From the NCBI RefSeq assembly GCF_006345805.1, contig NC_042999.1:157914001-157978000 (forward strand): 64,000 nucleotides of DNA, in the 5' to 3' direction. Positions 51,357 to 63,329 of this stretch are shown in pieces; positions within the stretch are counted from its first letter, which is position 1; each line of letters starts with the position of its first letter. Origin of the DNA: Octopus sinensis. Taxonomy: Eukaryota. Under the pieces are notes generated by a model that was not told the origin of the DNA, made no database searches, and was given only the letters and a program-made list of their open reading frames with translations. A program made the position numbers and the translations under genes.

Positions 51357-51692
51357 AGCTCAAACAATATTCCTATTTTAGCTTCAACTATTTCCCTGTT
51401 CCTTCAAAATTGTTATAACAGATTTTTGTTTATGCTATCGCAATGAGATGAGGGTAATAATTGTCTCTAACACACTGACAAGCAAAACTATGCGGGGTGG
51501 GATGAGGACAAAGGTTTAAGAGCGCTCAAACTGACCCCAGTATTTCTCCAGAGTGAAAAGTAAAATTGATCACTGTGGGATTTGAACTCAAAATGTAAAG
51601 AACGGGAATAAATGAAATTAATAATAATATTGGTTTCAAATTTTGGCACAAGGTCAGCGGACTTTTAAGGCCGGTTTGAATCGATTACATCA

Positions 51693-52080
51693 TGTGGAAG
51701 CACTCCGTCGGTTACGACGACGAGGGCTCCGGTTGATCCGAATCAACGGAACAGCCTGCTCGTGAAATTAACGTGTAAGTGGCTGAGCACTCCACAGACA
51801 CGTGCACCCTTACGTAGTTCTCGGGGATATTCAGCGTGACACAGAGAGTGACAAGGCCGGCCCTTTGAAGTACAAGTACAACAGAAACAGGAAGTAAGAG
51901 TCAGAGAAAGTTGTGGTGAAAGAGTACAGCAGGGATCACCACCATTCCCTGCCGGAGCCTCGTGGAGCTTTTAGGTGTTTTCGCTCAATAAACACTCACA
52001 ACGCCCGGTCTGGGAATCGAAACCGCGATCCTATGACCGCGAGTCCGCTGCCCTAACCACTGGGCCATTGCGCCTCCCGC
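51693..52080 (-). mobile_element. SINE family C nested in SINE family A (51630-52250), 11-bp TSD
   Basis: cgattacatca at 51682-51692 and 52081-52091. Confidence 0.9.
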
Positions 52081-52498
52081 CGATTACATCAACTCCAGTG
52101 CTCGACAGGTACTTGGTTTATCGACCCCGAAAGATGAAAGGCAAAAAATCGATCTTGGTGGGATTTGAACTCAGAACGTAAATGCTATTAAGATATGATG
52201 CTAAGTATTTTGTTCGAAGCGCTAAGGATTCTACCACCACGTTACCTTCAAAATTAATAATGATTTCAAATTTAGACACAAGGCCTGTAAGTTTAGGGGA
52301 GGGGGAGAGTCAATTACATCGACTCTAGTGTTCATCTGGCACTTGTTTTATCGACCTCTGAACAGATGAAAGGATTGGGAAATATACACCGCCGGAAGTT
52401 GTTGTTGACAAACAACGGCAGTAATTTTATTCAGCTGAATACACGTCATTGATTGGTTGAAATTATCGAAATACAACAAATTTAGCACGAAATAACTT

Positions 52499-53011
52499 CG
52501 TAACTGGTACTTATTTAATCGACCCCGAAAGAATGAAAGGCAAAGTCGACCTCGGTGGAATTTGAACTCAGAACGTAGCGACTGGTGAAATATCTATTTC
52601 TTTACTACCCACAGGGGGCTAAACACAGAGAGAAAAAACAAGGACAGACAAACGGATTAAGTCGATTATATCGACCCCAGTGCGTAACTGGTACTTATTT
52701 AATCGAACCCGAAAGGATGAAAGGCAAAGTCGATCTCGGCAGAATTTGAACTCAGGACGTAGCGGCAGACGAAATACCTATTTCTTTACGACCCAAAAGG
52801 GGCTAAACAAAGAGAGGATAAACAAGGAAAGACAAATGGATTAAGTTGATTACATCGACCCCAGTGCGTAACTGGTACTTATTTAATCGACCCCGAAAGG
52901 ATGAAAGGCAAATTCGACCACGGCGGAATTTGAACTCAGAATGTAACGGCAGACGAAATACGGCTACGCATTTCGCCCGGCGTGCACCGATTCTGTCAGC
53001 TCGTCGCCTTA
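52499..53011 (-). mobile_element. SINE family A head plus tandem bodies
   Basis: Same ~184-bp unit as 31013-31785. Confidence 0.85.
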
Positions 53012-53234
53012 TACCGACTCTAGGAATAATATTTATTTCTATTTTCGGAGATTTTATCAGCAGTTTATCTGAAAGGTGGAATTTATACAATATCCATATG
53101 ACAACTAGAAGAATATATGAGCTTTTGGCATCAACATTTACACTGATATCATCAACACAATTTTGGCAAACACTTCATGACTAGCCATCAACTATAACTG
53201 TAATTTATTCGTTACTTACCAGAAATATTACACA

Positions 53235-53235
<1 letters not shown>

Positions 53236-53324
<89 letters not shown>

Positions 53325-53356
53325 ATATCTATCTATATATCTATCTATCTATCTAT
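53236..53356. repeat. (TATC)n microsatellite
   Basis: Direct reading. Confidence 0.95.
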
Positions 53357-54145
53357 TTAGGTGTGTTTTCTTTAAATATTTATATCTCTTGAAATTGTAG
53401 CTGGCCAGCTATACTTTCAAGAGATACAAATAATTTAAAGAAAACACGATATATATATATATAGGAGATACTACTATATATACATACATATATATATATA
53501 TATGTCGTCTCTGTGGTGTTTCATGTTCTTGTCCATGTCTGTATTTAATTTTACTGTTTACCTATATAATCGGCGGCTACGTATCCACAATTGTCCTTAT
53601 ACGATAAGTATATTTTTTTTCTCAAGCTTTGATACGACTCTTAATCTGTCTCTTTTTCTCTCTCTCTCCCTCCTCCCTTATTCCACTCCCGTTCTTTCCC
53701 TCTCCATCCGTCCCCCCCCCTTTCTACGTTTCTCTATCTCTCTCACCTCCAGCCCCCTCGATCTGTCTCTTTCTTCTCCTCCCTCGTCCACCTTCTCTCC
53801 CTTTTCATCTGTCCCTTTCTCCTGTCTTTTGTTCTCACGTGACAGCTAGCCGCTGTTGAGCGCTCTTTTCGTTTTCAGCAGCCTCAGAAGCAACACAGAT
53901 TTGTTCGTCTCCCCGTGGCCTTTAGCACAACTTCACAAGCCAGCCCCTACTCAAATCGTCCTGTCGAAAGACCCTTGTCCTACGTCCTGGTTTTGTTTTG
54001 TTGTTTATTATTTTTATTTTTACCGTTATTGTTTGCACGTTTTTGTATTCTTATTGGTGTCACGTATTCTGTATTTTTGTTTGTGTACTTCGATCGTTTT
54101 CCGTCCTTCGTTGTATACATTCGAAGCTTGGGCTGGCCATATCGG

Positions 54146-54207
54146 AGCAATCTCAAGATTAATCAGCCGAAATTGCTAAGATGATCTGGTTCTTGACTGA
54201 TGACTGA
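54146..54207 (+). ncRNA. Candidate non-circularly permuted hammerhead ribozyme, copy 1
   Basis: AGCAA-UC-UCAAGA ... UCAG-CC-GAAA-UUGCU ... UCUUGA-CUGAUGA-CUGA; stems I and III perfect. Confidence 0.65.
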
Positions 54208-54889
54208 GGGCTTCGAATGTCCCGTCCTGTGGTTCTTGTGTCGTCTCTGTGGTGTTTCATGTTCTTGTCCATGTCTGTATTTAATTTTACTGTTTACCTA
54301 TATAATCGGCGGCTACGTATCCACAATTGTCCTTATACGATAAGTATATTTTTTTTCTCAAGCTTTGATACGACTCTTAATCTGTCTCTTTTTCTCTCTC
54401 TCTCCCTCCTCCCTTATTCCACTCCCGTTCTTTCCCTCTCCATCCGCCCCCCCCCCCCCCTTTCTACGTTTCTCTATCTCTCTCACCTCCAGCCCCCTCG
54501 ATCTGTCTCTTTCTTCTCCTCCCTCGTCCACCTTCTCTCCCTTTTCATCTGTCCCTTTCTCCTGTCTTTTGTTCTCACGTGACAGCTAGCCGCTGTTGAG
54601 CGCTCTTTTCGTTTTCAGCAGCCTCAGAAGCAACACAGATTTGTTCGTCTCCCCGTGGCCTTTAGGCACAACTTCACAAGCCAGCCCCTACTCAAATCGT
54701 CCTGTCGAAAGACCCTTGTCCTACGTCCTGGTTTTGTTTTGTTGTTTATTATTTTTTATTTTTACCGTTATTGTTTGCACGTTTTTGTATTCTTATTGGT
54801 GTCACGTATTCTGTATTTTTGTTTGTGTACTTCGATCGTTTTCCGTCCTTTCGTTGTATACATTCGAAGCTTTGGGCTGGCCATATCGG

Positions 54890-54951
54890 AGCAATCTCAA
54901 GATTAATCAGCCGAAATTGCTAAGATGATCTGGTTCTTGACTGATGACTGA
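54890..54951 (+). ncRNA. Candidate permuted hammerhead ribozyme, copy 2
   Basis: Identical motif to copy 1. Confidence 0.65.
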
Positions 54952-55633
54952 GGGCTTCGAATGTCCCGTCCTGTGGTTCTTGTGTCGTCTCTGTGGTGTT
55001 TCATGTTCTTGTCCATGTCTGTATTTAATTTTACTGTTTACCTATATAATCGGCGGCTACGTATCCACAATTGTCCATGTCCTTATACGATAAGTATATT
55101 TTTTTCTCAGCTTGATACGACTCTTAATCTGTCTCTTTTTCTCTCTCTCTCTCCCTCCTCCCTTATTCCACTTCCGTTCTTTCCCTCTCCATCCGCCCCC
55201 CCCCCCCCTTTCTACGTTTCTCTATCTCTCTCACCTCCAGCCCCCTCGATCTGTCTCTTTCTTCTCCTCCCTCGTCCACCTTCTCTCCCTTTTCATCTGT
55301 CCCTTTCTCCTGTCTTTTGTTCTCACGTGACAGCTAGCCGCTGTTGAGCGCTCTTTTCGTTTTCAGCAGCCTCAGAAGCAACACAGATTTGTTCGTCTCC
55401 CCGTGGCCTTTAGGCACAACTTCACAAGCCAGCCCCTACTCAAATCGTCCTGTCGAAAGACCCTTGTCCTACGTCCTGGTTTTGTTTTGTTGTTATTATT
55501 TTTATTTTTACCGTTATTGTTTGCACGTTTTTGTATTCTTATTGGTGTCACGTATTCTGTATTTTTGTTTGTGTACTTCGATCGTTTTCCGTCCTTCGTT
55601 GTATACATTCGAAGCTTGGGCTGGCCATATCGG

Positions 55634-55695
55634 AGCAATCTCAAGATTAATCAGCCGAAATTGCTAAGATGATCTGGTTCTTGACTGATGACTGA
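55634..55695 (+). ncRNA. Candidate permuted hammerhead ribozyme, copy 3
   Basis: Identical motif to copy 1. Confidence 0.65.
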
Positions 55696-55786
55696 GGGCT
55701 TCGAATGTCCCGTCCTGTGGTTCTTGTGTCGTCTCTGTGGTGTTTCATGTTCTTGTCCATGTCTGTATTTAATTTTACTGTTTACC

Positions 55787-55828
<42 letters not shown>

Positions 55829-56428
55829 TATATATATATACAATGCATACATACATACATACATACATACATACATACATACATACTACTACATACATAC
55901 ATACATACATATATCGTGTTTTGTAATAGTATTTTTAACTCTTGAAATTATAGTTGGCGAAATTGATTATACGTACGTTTGCCTATCCAATGTCCAGGAA
56001 GTTTACTCTCCTTTGTGTGTATCAACTACAGTAAGTCGTTGTGGTATCATATACATGATAAGCGCTTCGTTTGCGTGTTGTTCAGAATGCAAATAATACA
56101 TTGCGTATAGTATGTTTATGCATGCCATGCATAAATACGAACTTTTCACGTAGTACCAATATCATGCTATAACTAGTTTAATATAGTTACTTTAATAGTT
56201 TGATATCTCTCACTCGCAACATTTTCGCATCTCAGTAAAAAGAAGCCAAAAAGCACTGGGTTTCTTATGCAATTTAAGTGCACTGAGGAAGGTTCTTGAG
56301 TAAATATGCGGATGATATTGGAAATAATACTGCGTAAGCAACTCCGAAAGGCCACAGGTCACCGTCGTGACAGTAACGATAAAAGGAGATACCACTAGTT
56401 TCAAACTCAATAATAATTAAAATAATAA

Positions 56429-56646
56429 TGGTTTCGAATTTTGGTACAAGGCCAGCAATTTTAGGGGATAGAAAAAAAATCGATTACATCGACCCCAAAG
56501 TTTCACTGATAGTTATTTCACCGACCCCGAAAGGATGAAAGGCAAAGTCAACTTCAGTGGAATCTCAACTCAGAGCGTAAAGCCGGAAAAAATGCCATTA
56601 AGAAATTTGTACGGCGTGCTAACGATTCTGCCAGCTCGCCGCCTTA
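56429..56646 (-). mobile_element. SINE family A
   Basis: Family A homology. Confidence 0.8.
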
Positions 56647-56655
56647 ATAACCATG

Positions 56656-56734
<79 letters not shown>

Positions 56735-57044
56735 TAACTGGTACATCACACGTATTGAGAAGAGCATTGTCGATGTGAGAACTGTTGCTGCTCATGTATT
56801 TTAATTTAATTAAAAAAAAAAAAAAAAAATGAACGAACTATCGAGTTTGGTTTAATGGCCTACCAAGGTATACTATGAGTTTCTTTGCCCTAGGAGTCGG
56901 GAAGACGCTCGGCAAGAAATGAAAGCAAATTTGAAAGAAGAAAAAAAGTAATAAAAATAATAATAATAATAATAATAATAATGATGATGATGATGGTGAT
57001 GATGTTGATGATGTTGATGATGATGATGATCATGATGATGATGA

Positions 57045-57232
57045 TGGTTTCAAATTTTGGCACAAGGTCAGCAATTTTGCGGGAGGGGATGAGTTGAATA
57101 CATCAGCCCCAGTACTCAACTTATTTTATCGATCCAGAAAGGATGAAAGGCAAAGTCGACCTTGGCGGAGTTTGAACTCAGTATGTAAAGACGGAAGAAA
57201 TGCCGCTAAGCATTTTGCCCACCGTCTTAACG
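57045..57232 (-). mobile_element. SINE family A
   Basis: Family A homology. Confidence 0.75.
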
Positions 57233-57460
57233 AAACTAACCTCCGTGTTTGTAAATAGTGTTCAAGTACCTCGTGGCATTTGAACTCATAACATAAAGAG
57301 TCTGAAGAAAGGCTGCTGAGCATGTTGTTTGATGTGCTATCAATTGAGCAGTTTCTACTTATTTCACATTGATGCTGTAAATATTTTCAATATTTCCTTT
57401 GTCAAATATTGAGGGAAAAGGACTTGATACCGTATGTTGTATTTTGTGCACAAAAGGATT

Positions 57461-57654
57461 AATTTGATTTATACCAAATGATTTAGGAAAATAAATGGGT
57501 TATTTCCCTTGGCTGTTAAAATCTGGATGAATGGGTTATTACCCTTGGCTGATAAAATGAAATATATTAGATATATATATAAGGATCCCTGCCAGGGGCC
57601 CTATTATCGGTTTTTTTTCAAATATCTGAGTATGCCATGAGGTTTCCAGACATG
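57461..57654. repeat. 194-bp repeat, inverted partner of 59493-59685
   Basis: Near-identical reverse complement. Confidence 0.9.
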
Positions 57655-57827
57655 TATGCTACGACATGCTAATTACTAGTTCACTGCATTTACAATGGCG
57701 AGAAGGTGGAAGGAAACGTCTTTTGGTAACTCGCGTAGAACAAAAATCACCGGTTTGCTTGCCAGTGGCTTCATAGTTTGCTAATTCTTTCTCATTGTTT
57801 GTCTGTCTGTTTGTCCTGCACACACAT

Positions 57828-58083
57828 CATCATCATCATCATCATTGTTCGACCGTGGTCGAGACAATGGAATTTACCATGCTACGCCAGACTTCACGGT
57901 TCATCATGGCATTACGGAGGTCCTGTTGCTGGATGCCTGTATCCCCGGAGATTACATCAGGGTAGGAGAGTGTGCGCCCTCTGGTATTGCGAGTAGATGG
58001 CTTCCAGAGGAGAAGAGTAGAAATTACCTCTTTTTCAGCTCTACAACAATGTCCAGCAAACTGGACTCTCTTACCTTTCACAC
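57828..58083 (-). mobile_element. RTE-like LINE 3' end with (GAT)n tail
   Basis: KGKRVQFAGHCCRAEKEVISTLLLWKP..SIVSTTVEQ. Confidence 0.85.
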
Positions 58084-58371
58084 ACGCGCGCGCTTATGAA
58101 TACATTTACACACAAATACAAATATACTTTAAGTATCGTACATCATATAAGCCAGCTGAAAAACTTCAGTTAACTAACATCGTTCTGACAATTAGATAAC
58201 GAAATCTCACACCAAGTTTTAGTTAACCAAAATTTTTGGAAAAAAAAGATGATATAGTTTGTCAGGTAGACAATTAGGAGTGTACCTTATCGTTAAAGAC
58301 ACTACATGTGACCAATGTTACGTCTTATCGGTAAACCACATTCATAGCTGGCCTTAGAAATTTATCAATTA

Positions 58372-58769
58372 CTAGCAGTATCGCCCGGCGCTGCTCGTGT
58401 TTGTAAGGGAAATAACTATATAAGCATTTTAGAGAGTTATAGCCAAAAAATAGCAAAAAATGCATTAAAAATGGAAACAAAATTATAGTAAATTTTCTTT
58501 TAAATCGTTGACTCATCGTAGACATTTTTAGAGAGTTACTTCCCTTATATAATAGCGAAGAAAATGCATTAAAATGGAAAAAAATGATGGTAAATTTTTT
58601 TAAATCGTAGACTCATCGTAGACGCGCGCTAATTCCCAGAAGGGCTCGATATAAGTCACGACTATAAGATACCCGGTTTTGGTTAAACTGCACCGCAAAA
58701 TGTGGGAGTAGTTAGGAATCTAAATCGTAGGAGACAGACAACACACAACTTCACTTTTATATATAAAGA
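58372..58769 (-). mobile_element. Non-autonomous Helitron
   Basis: Reverse complement A|TC ... CTAG|T. Confidence 0.9.
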
Positions 58770-58814
58770 TGTATAAGAATAAAGGGAATGGAATAACACT
58801 GATTATGTGTGTTA

Positions 58815-59052
58815 ATACTGGTTCCAAATTTTGGCACAACGTCAGCAATTTTAAGGTAGTGGTGGTGCATTTTGGAGGAGTAAGTGGATTATATCGACTT
58901 CAGTGTGCAGCTGGTACTTATTTTATCGACCCTGAGGGGATGAAAAGCAAAGTCGACTTCGGTGGAATTTGAACACTGAACGTAATGACGGACGAAATGC
59001 TGCTAAGCATTTTGTCTGGCGTGCTAACGATTCTGTCAGCCCCCCCCCCTTA
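58815..59052 (-). mobile_element. SINE family A
   Basis: Family A homology. Confidence 0.75.
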
Positions 59053-59492
59053 ACAAATTTGGCCGTCTTCCTAAGTGTACATTACTGATGAGATCCATTA
59101 ATTTTCCATTTTGAGATGTATAATACACACTTGGCTAAGTTTTCATTATCTACTAAAAAATTGCATTCGCTATTTAAAGACTTGCTAAATTACATATAAG
59201 AAAATTTTACAGGGTGTATTTTCCCATCTAATTGCAAAGATAATGTCAAGTAAATGAATTTATTGTGCGTGTACGTTTGTCTACGTATATATGGTTGTGC
59301 ATGTATGTGTGTGTATGTATGTATGTATGTATGTAGGTATGTACGTATGTATGTATGTATGTATGTATGTAATTGTGTATATCTACTAAATATGTGGGAT
59401 ATTCTGTCAGTGCGTGTGCTTGTAGAGTTGTTAGCTAACTCCTCCTACATTGTTTTATCGATTTTGATGAAACTTGAAACGTGAGTAGAACT

Positions 59493-59685
59493 CATGTCTG
59501 GAAACCTCATGGCATACTCAGATATTTGAAAAAAATCGATAATAGGGCCCCTGGCAGGGATCCTTATATATATATCTAATATATTTCATTTTATCAGCCA
59601 AGGGAAATAACCCTTTCATCCAGATTTTAACAGCCAAGGGAAATAACCCATTTATTTTCCTAAATCATTTGGTATAAATCAAATT
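59493..59685. repeat. 193-bp repeat, inverted partner of 57461-57654
   Basis: Near-identical reverse complement. Confidence 0.9.
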
Positions 59686-60189
59686 GAATATGCTTATTTC
59701 TTAGTATTTGAACTGCTAGAGTTATTTTCGCAATTTATCCAGTACAACCCTTAAACAATAAATAGTATTTTCCTAAACAATAGATCCACTTATTTTGGTT
59801 AGTGACTTATTCACGAATATACCAATACTAGCGCCGTTCAGAATAGTATTCTCTGGGAACGCACAAAAGCCCTTTTCAGAGTTATTTACTTTGAATTGTT
59901 ATTATTTCATATCTGATTATCCTGTTATTACGTAACATGCTTCACGATTTTAGTATACATACCTCATTAGTATTTCCTGCTAAGTTCTATATACTCTGGG
60001 AACGCATTAAAACCATTTTCGGGGCTACTTAATTTGAATTCTTACTATTGGGTAACTAATTTCATGTTATTACATAACTGACTTCACAATTTGGGTATTG
60101 ATAACTTATTGGGAATTCCTAAAAGCAAGATCCTGTCTAAGACAGTTCGGTATTCTCTGTAAATGTACAAAAACCGTTTTAAGGGCGAC

Positions 60190-61095
60190 ATACTTTGTAT
60201 CAGATGAAAGGATGAGCCTATATGAGGAGAAGACTATGCATGGATATGTTAGTAGAAAGCTCCGTGATGATAGTGACATCGATCATCAAAGCAGTTTATC
60301 ATGAACCAATAGCCGGATTACTACCCCGCTTTGAAGAGTAAGCGTTTGCAATCTAGGAACATGAAATATCAACCAAGTACCTGATGCACAAAACGGATAG
60401 AGATGCAGGAAAAGCCGTAAAATGTGATAATCAATGCAGACTAAGTGGACTTCACACTGAAGGTATCATCCACATCATAAGCAGTTGTCCGAAAATGTCA
60501 CCACGGTATTATCTACCGAGGAGACATGACGTTGTAGCTAGGACTCTATAAGGAAATCCGTAAGGATAATCCCAAGGACAAAGAAATAAGAACCTACAAT
60601 ATGGTCGAAGCCATAGCCACTCATAATACAAAGGAATACTGGTGAGATGTACTAGTGAAGACCTCAATAAAATGTAAGCACAGCGTACTGATATAATGAT
60701 TTGGGATGGAGAAGAGAAACTGTGCGCAGTTGTGGAAATTAGCTGCCCAGCGGATGTTAATATAAAGTGAAAAAGAGAACATCTATGCTGAATTATTCAG
60801 AAATCTATAGTTACTCTATCGACATTACAAGCTCAGGTTATACCTGTAATTATTGAGGCCCTGGAATATGTAACTCACCGCCTATAAATACCAATATTGA
60901 GAAATTACGCTTCACAAATCAAAAATGGAGAAAGTTAATTCGAAGACTACAGATCCAATCCATCACTTGAACTGTAAAAATCTGCAAAACTTTCCAGAAG
61001 TTTATCATTTAAATATATATGAGCATGTCTAGATATGCAACTATATGCATGAGAATACATACATGAAAAATAATACATACATACATACATACATA
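60190..61095 (+). mobile_element. R4/Dong-like RLE LINE 3' fragment ending in (CATA)n
   Basis: MHGYV, CRL..HTEGIIHIISSCPKMS, RHDVVA, EYW.DV, EISCPADVN, KICKTFQKFI; same 3' end at ~35180-35260. Confidence 0.7.
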
Positions 61096-61560
61096 CATGC
61101 ATACATGCATGCATACATACATATACACACACACATACATACATACATACACCCAAACAAAAATACCCTACTGATGATGTTGAAATTCCAATGAAGGAGC
61201 CTTGGATCTAAGTTAGAAACCGGTTCTTTCTCTGTTGGCAAGAAAACTTTAAATAATGACATATATATATATATATATTCGTAAGAGTTAGAAGTTGGGA
61301 AGCCAACCAACAAAACGATAGTACCCATCCAATATACTTCTGGCAGTGTGCCCAATTATTGATATCCAACTGCTGGTTATGGGGTGGCAATTTTGCAATC
61401 GAGTGTCATATATGGGCGGAGGTAAAAAGTGGTTTACTCTTAATTTATACGGCCAAAATGAAATGGAGGGGATACAAAAACGACATACATCAGCCGGTAG
61501 ACATTCTATTATGTCTATTTATTCCAAAACAAAAGGGAGTATTATAAGAATACACACACA

Positions 61561-61610
<50 letters not shown>

Positions 61611-61612
61611 GC

Positions 61613-61655
<43 letters not shown>

Positions 61656-62236
61656 AATATTTATATGTGTTTGTGAGAGATTGTGTGTGCGTGTATCTGT
61701 AGCTATATCTACGACCATAGGGAGCTTGTCTCTTTTTTTTCAACTCATTATGGTAGTGCTTTTGTTGGCTATTGAGTTGTTTTGACTCTTATCTCTAGCA
61801 ATACTATTGCTGATTACTACCCATGTTCAATTTAGTGACGTATATCTTTCTGCCTTTTGGTTGTAAATTGCGAATTGGCTACCCTTGCTATTTATTTGTA
61901 CACAAATATACACACGCACTCGCGCGTGCACACACAACACACTCATACACACATTTCTGTATACATACACATCTATACATACATACATACATACATACAT
62001 ACATACACACATACCTACATACATACATACATAATTCACCCGATGAAACCCCCACACCCAGCTGTTGCTGAAAAATATTTAGCTATGAGATGATATCAAA
62101 ATGCTGCCGGTCTTCAGACGGTGCGACGCGGGGGTTTCTACTTTTAATGCTAGGTAGCTTTTGTTGTAACTTGATAAATTAAACAAATTGCTTACCGAAG
62201 TATTGCAAAACTTTTGACTTAATGTAATATGTATAT

Positions 62237-62640
62237 TAGGAGTGGCTGTGTGGTAAGTAGCTTGCTAACCAACCACATGGTTCCGGGTTCAGTCCCACTG
62301 CGTGGCATCTTGGGCAAGTGTCTCCTGCTATAGCCCCGGGCCGACCAATGCCTCGTGTGTGGATTTGGTAGACGGAAACTGAAAGAAGCCCGTCGTATAT
62401 ATGTATATATATATGTGTATGTGTGTGTGTTTGTGTGTCTGTGTTTGTTCCCCAAGCATTGCTTGACAACCGATGCTGGTGTGTTTACGTCCCCGTTACT
62501 TAGCGGTTCGGCAAAAAGAGACCGATAGAATAAGTACTGGGCTTACAAAGAGAATAAGTCCCGGGGTCGAGTTGCTCGACTAAAGGTGGTGCTCCAGCAT
62601 GGCCGCAGTCAAATGACTGAAACAAGTAAATGAGAAATGA
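62237..62640 (+). mobile_element. SINE family B, full length
   Basis: Family B homology. Confidence 0.9.
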
Positions 62641-63023
62641 GTATATATTATATACATTTACGCTTACATTTCGTATAATATATTAAAACATCGTATCAGG
62701 CAACATAACTTCCATAATCTCATGTCAGCTCTATGTTATTTCCTAGTTATGTAACCTTTTGCTGATACGTTTGAATGATAAACGAATATTTCCAATGTTT
62801 GGAAATTAATTCTTTGTATGTATAATGGGAATCGGAGCAATAATAATTTGATTAAATATTAGTCTGTTGTAGTTATTTATTTATAGGCCAACCTTGCAGA
62901 CCCATAACCAAAGGCCTTCCTCACTCTCTGTTATTTCAAAAGGTGATTCTCAGAGGGAGAAAATGTGTTCGAGAGTGTGTATACAAACGTGGATATACAT
63001 ATATGTGCGCATGCATGTCGCCT

Positions 63024-63127
<104 letters not shown>

Positions 63128-63329
63128 CCTGCTCGCTTAGCCAGCGGGGTGGCGTCATTTGAAGGCTAAAACAATGCGAAGCGCATTGTGACCAGCGATG
63201 TGCAGCAACATCTGATACCCTGGTCGGTCACGGTTATATATATATATTTACTGCATTATATATGTGTGTATATATATATATATATTACATATATGTATGT
63301 ATTACGTGTACATTTATATGCATATAGTG

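Larger units (their letters stand above)
53503..55788 (+). mobile_element. Tandem array of a ~744-bp non-coding unit (~3.1 copies), retrozyme/Penelope-like
   Basis: Unit starts at 53503, 54239, 54983 and 55727; near-identical; inserted in TA-rich microsatellite; ribozyme-like motif in each unit. Confidence 0.85.

Noticed and set aside
53502-55926. Repeated 70-128 aa ORFs in the tandem unit
   Set aside because: Pyrimidine-rich low complexity, frames differ between copies, and no recognisable domain.
59845-60130. Two to three diverged ~144-bp direct repeats
   Set aside because: Too degenerate to assign; no structure or coding signal recognised.
61165-61230. ctgatga ... gaaaccggtt as a type I hammerhead
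   Set aside because: No stem I pairing flanks the CUGAUGA, and no stem II is in register.
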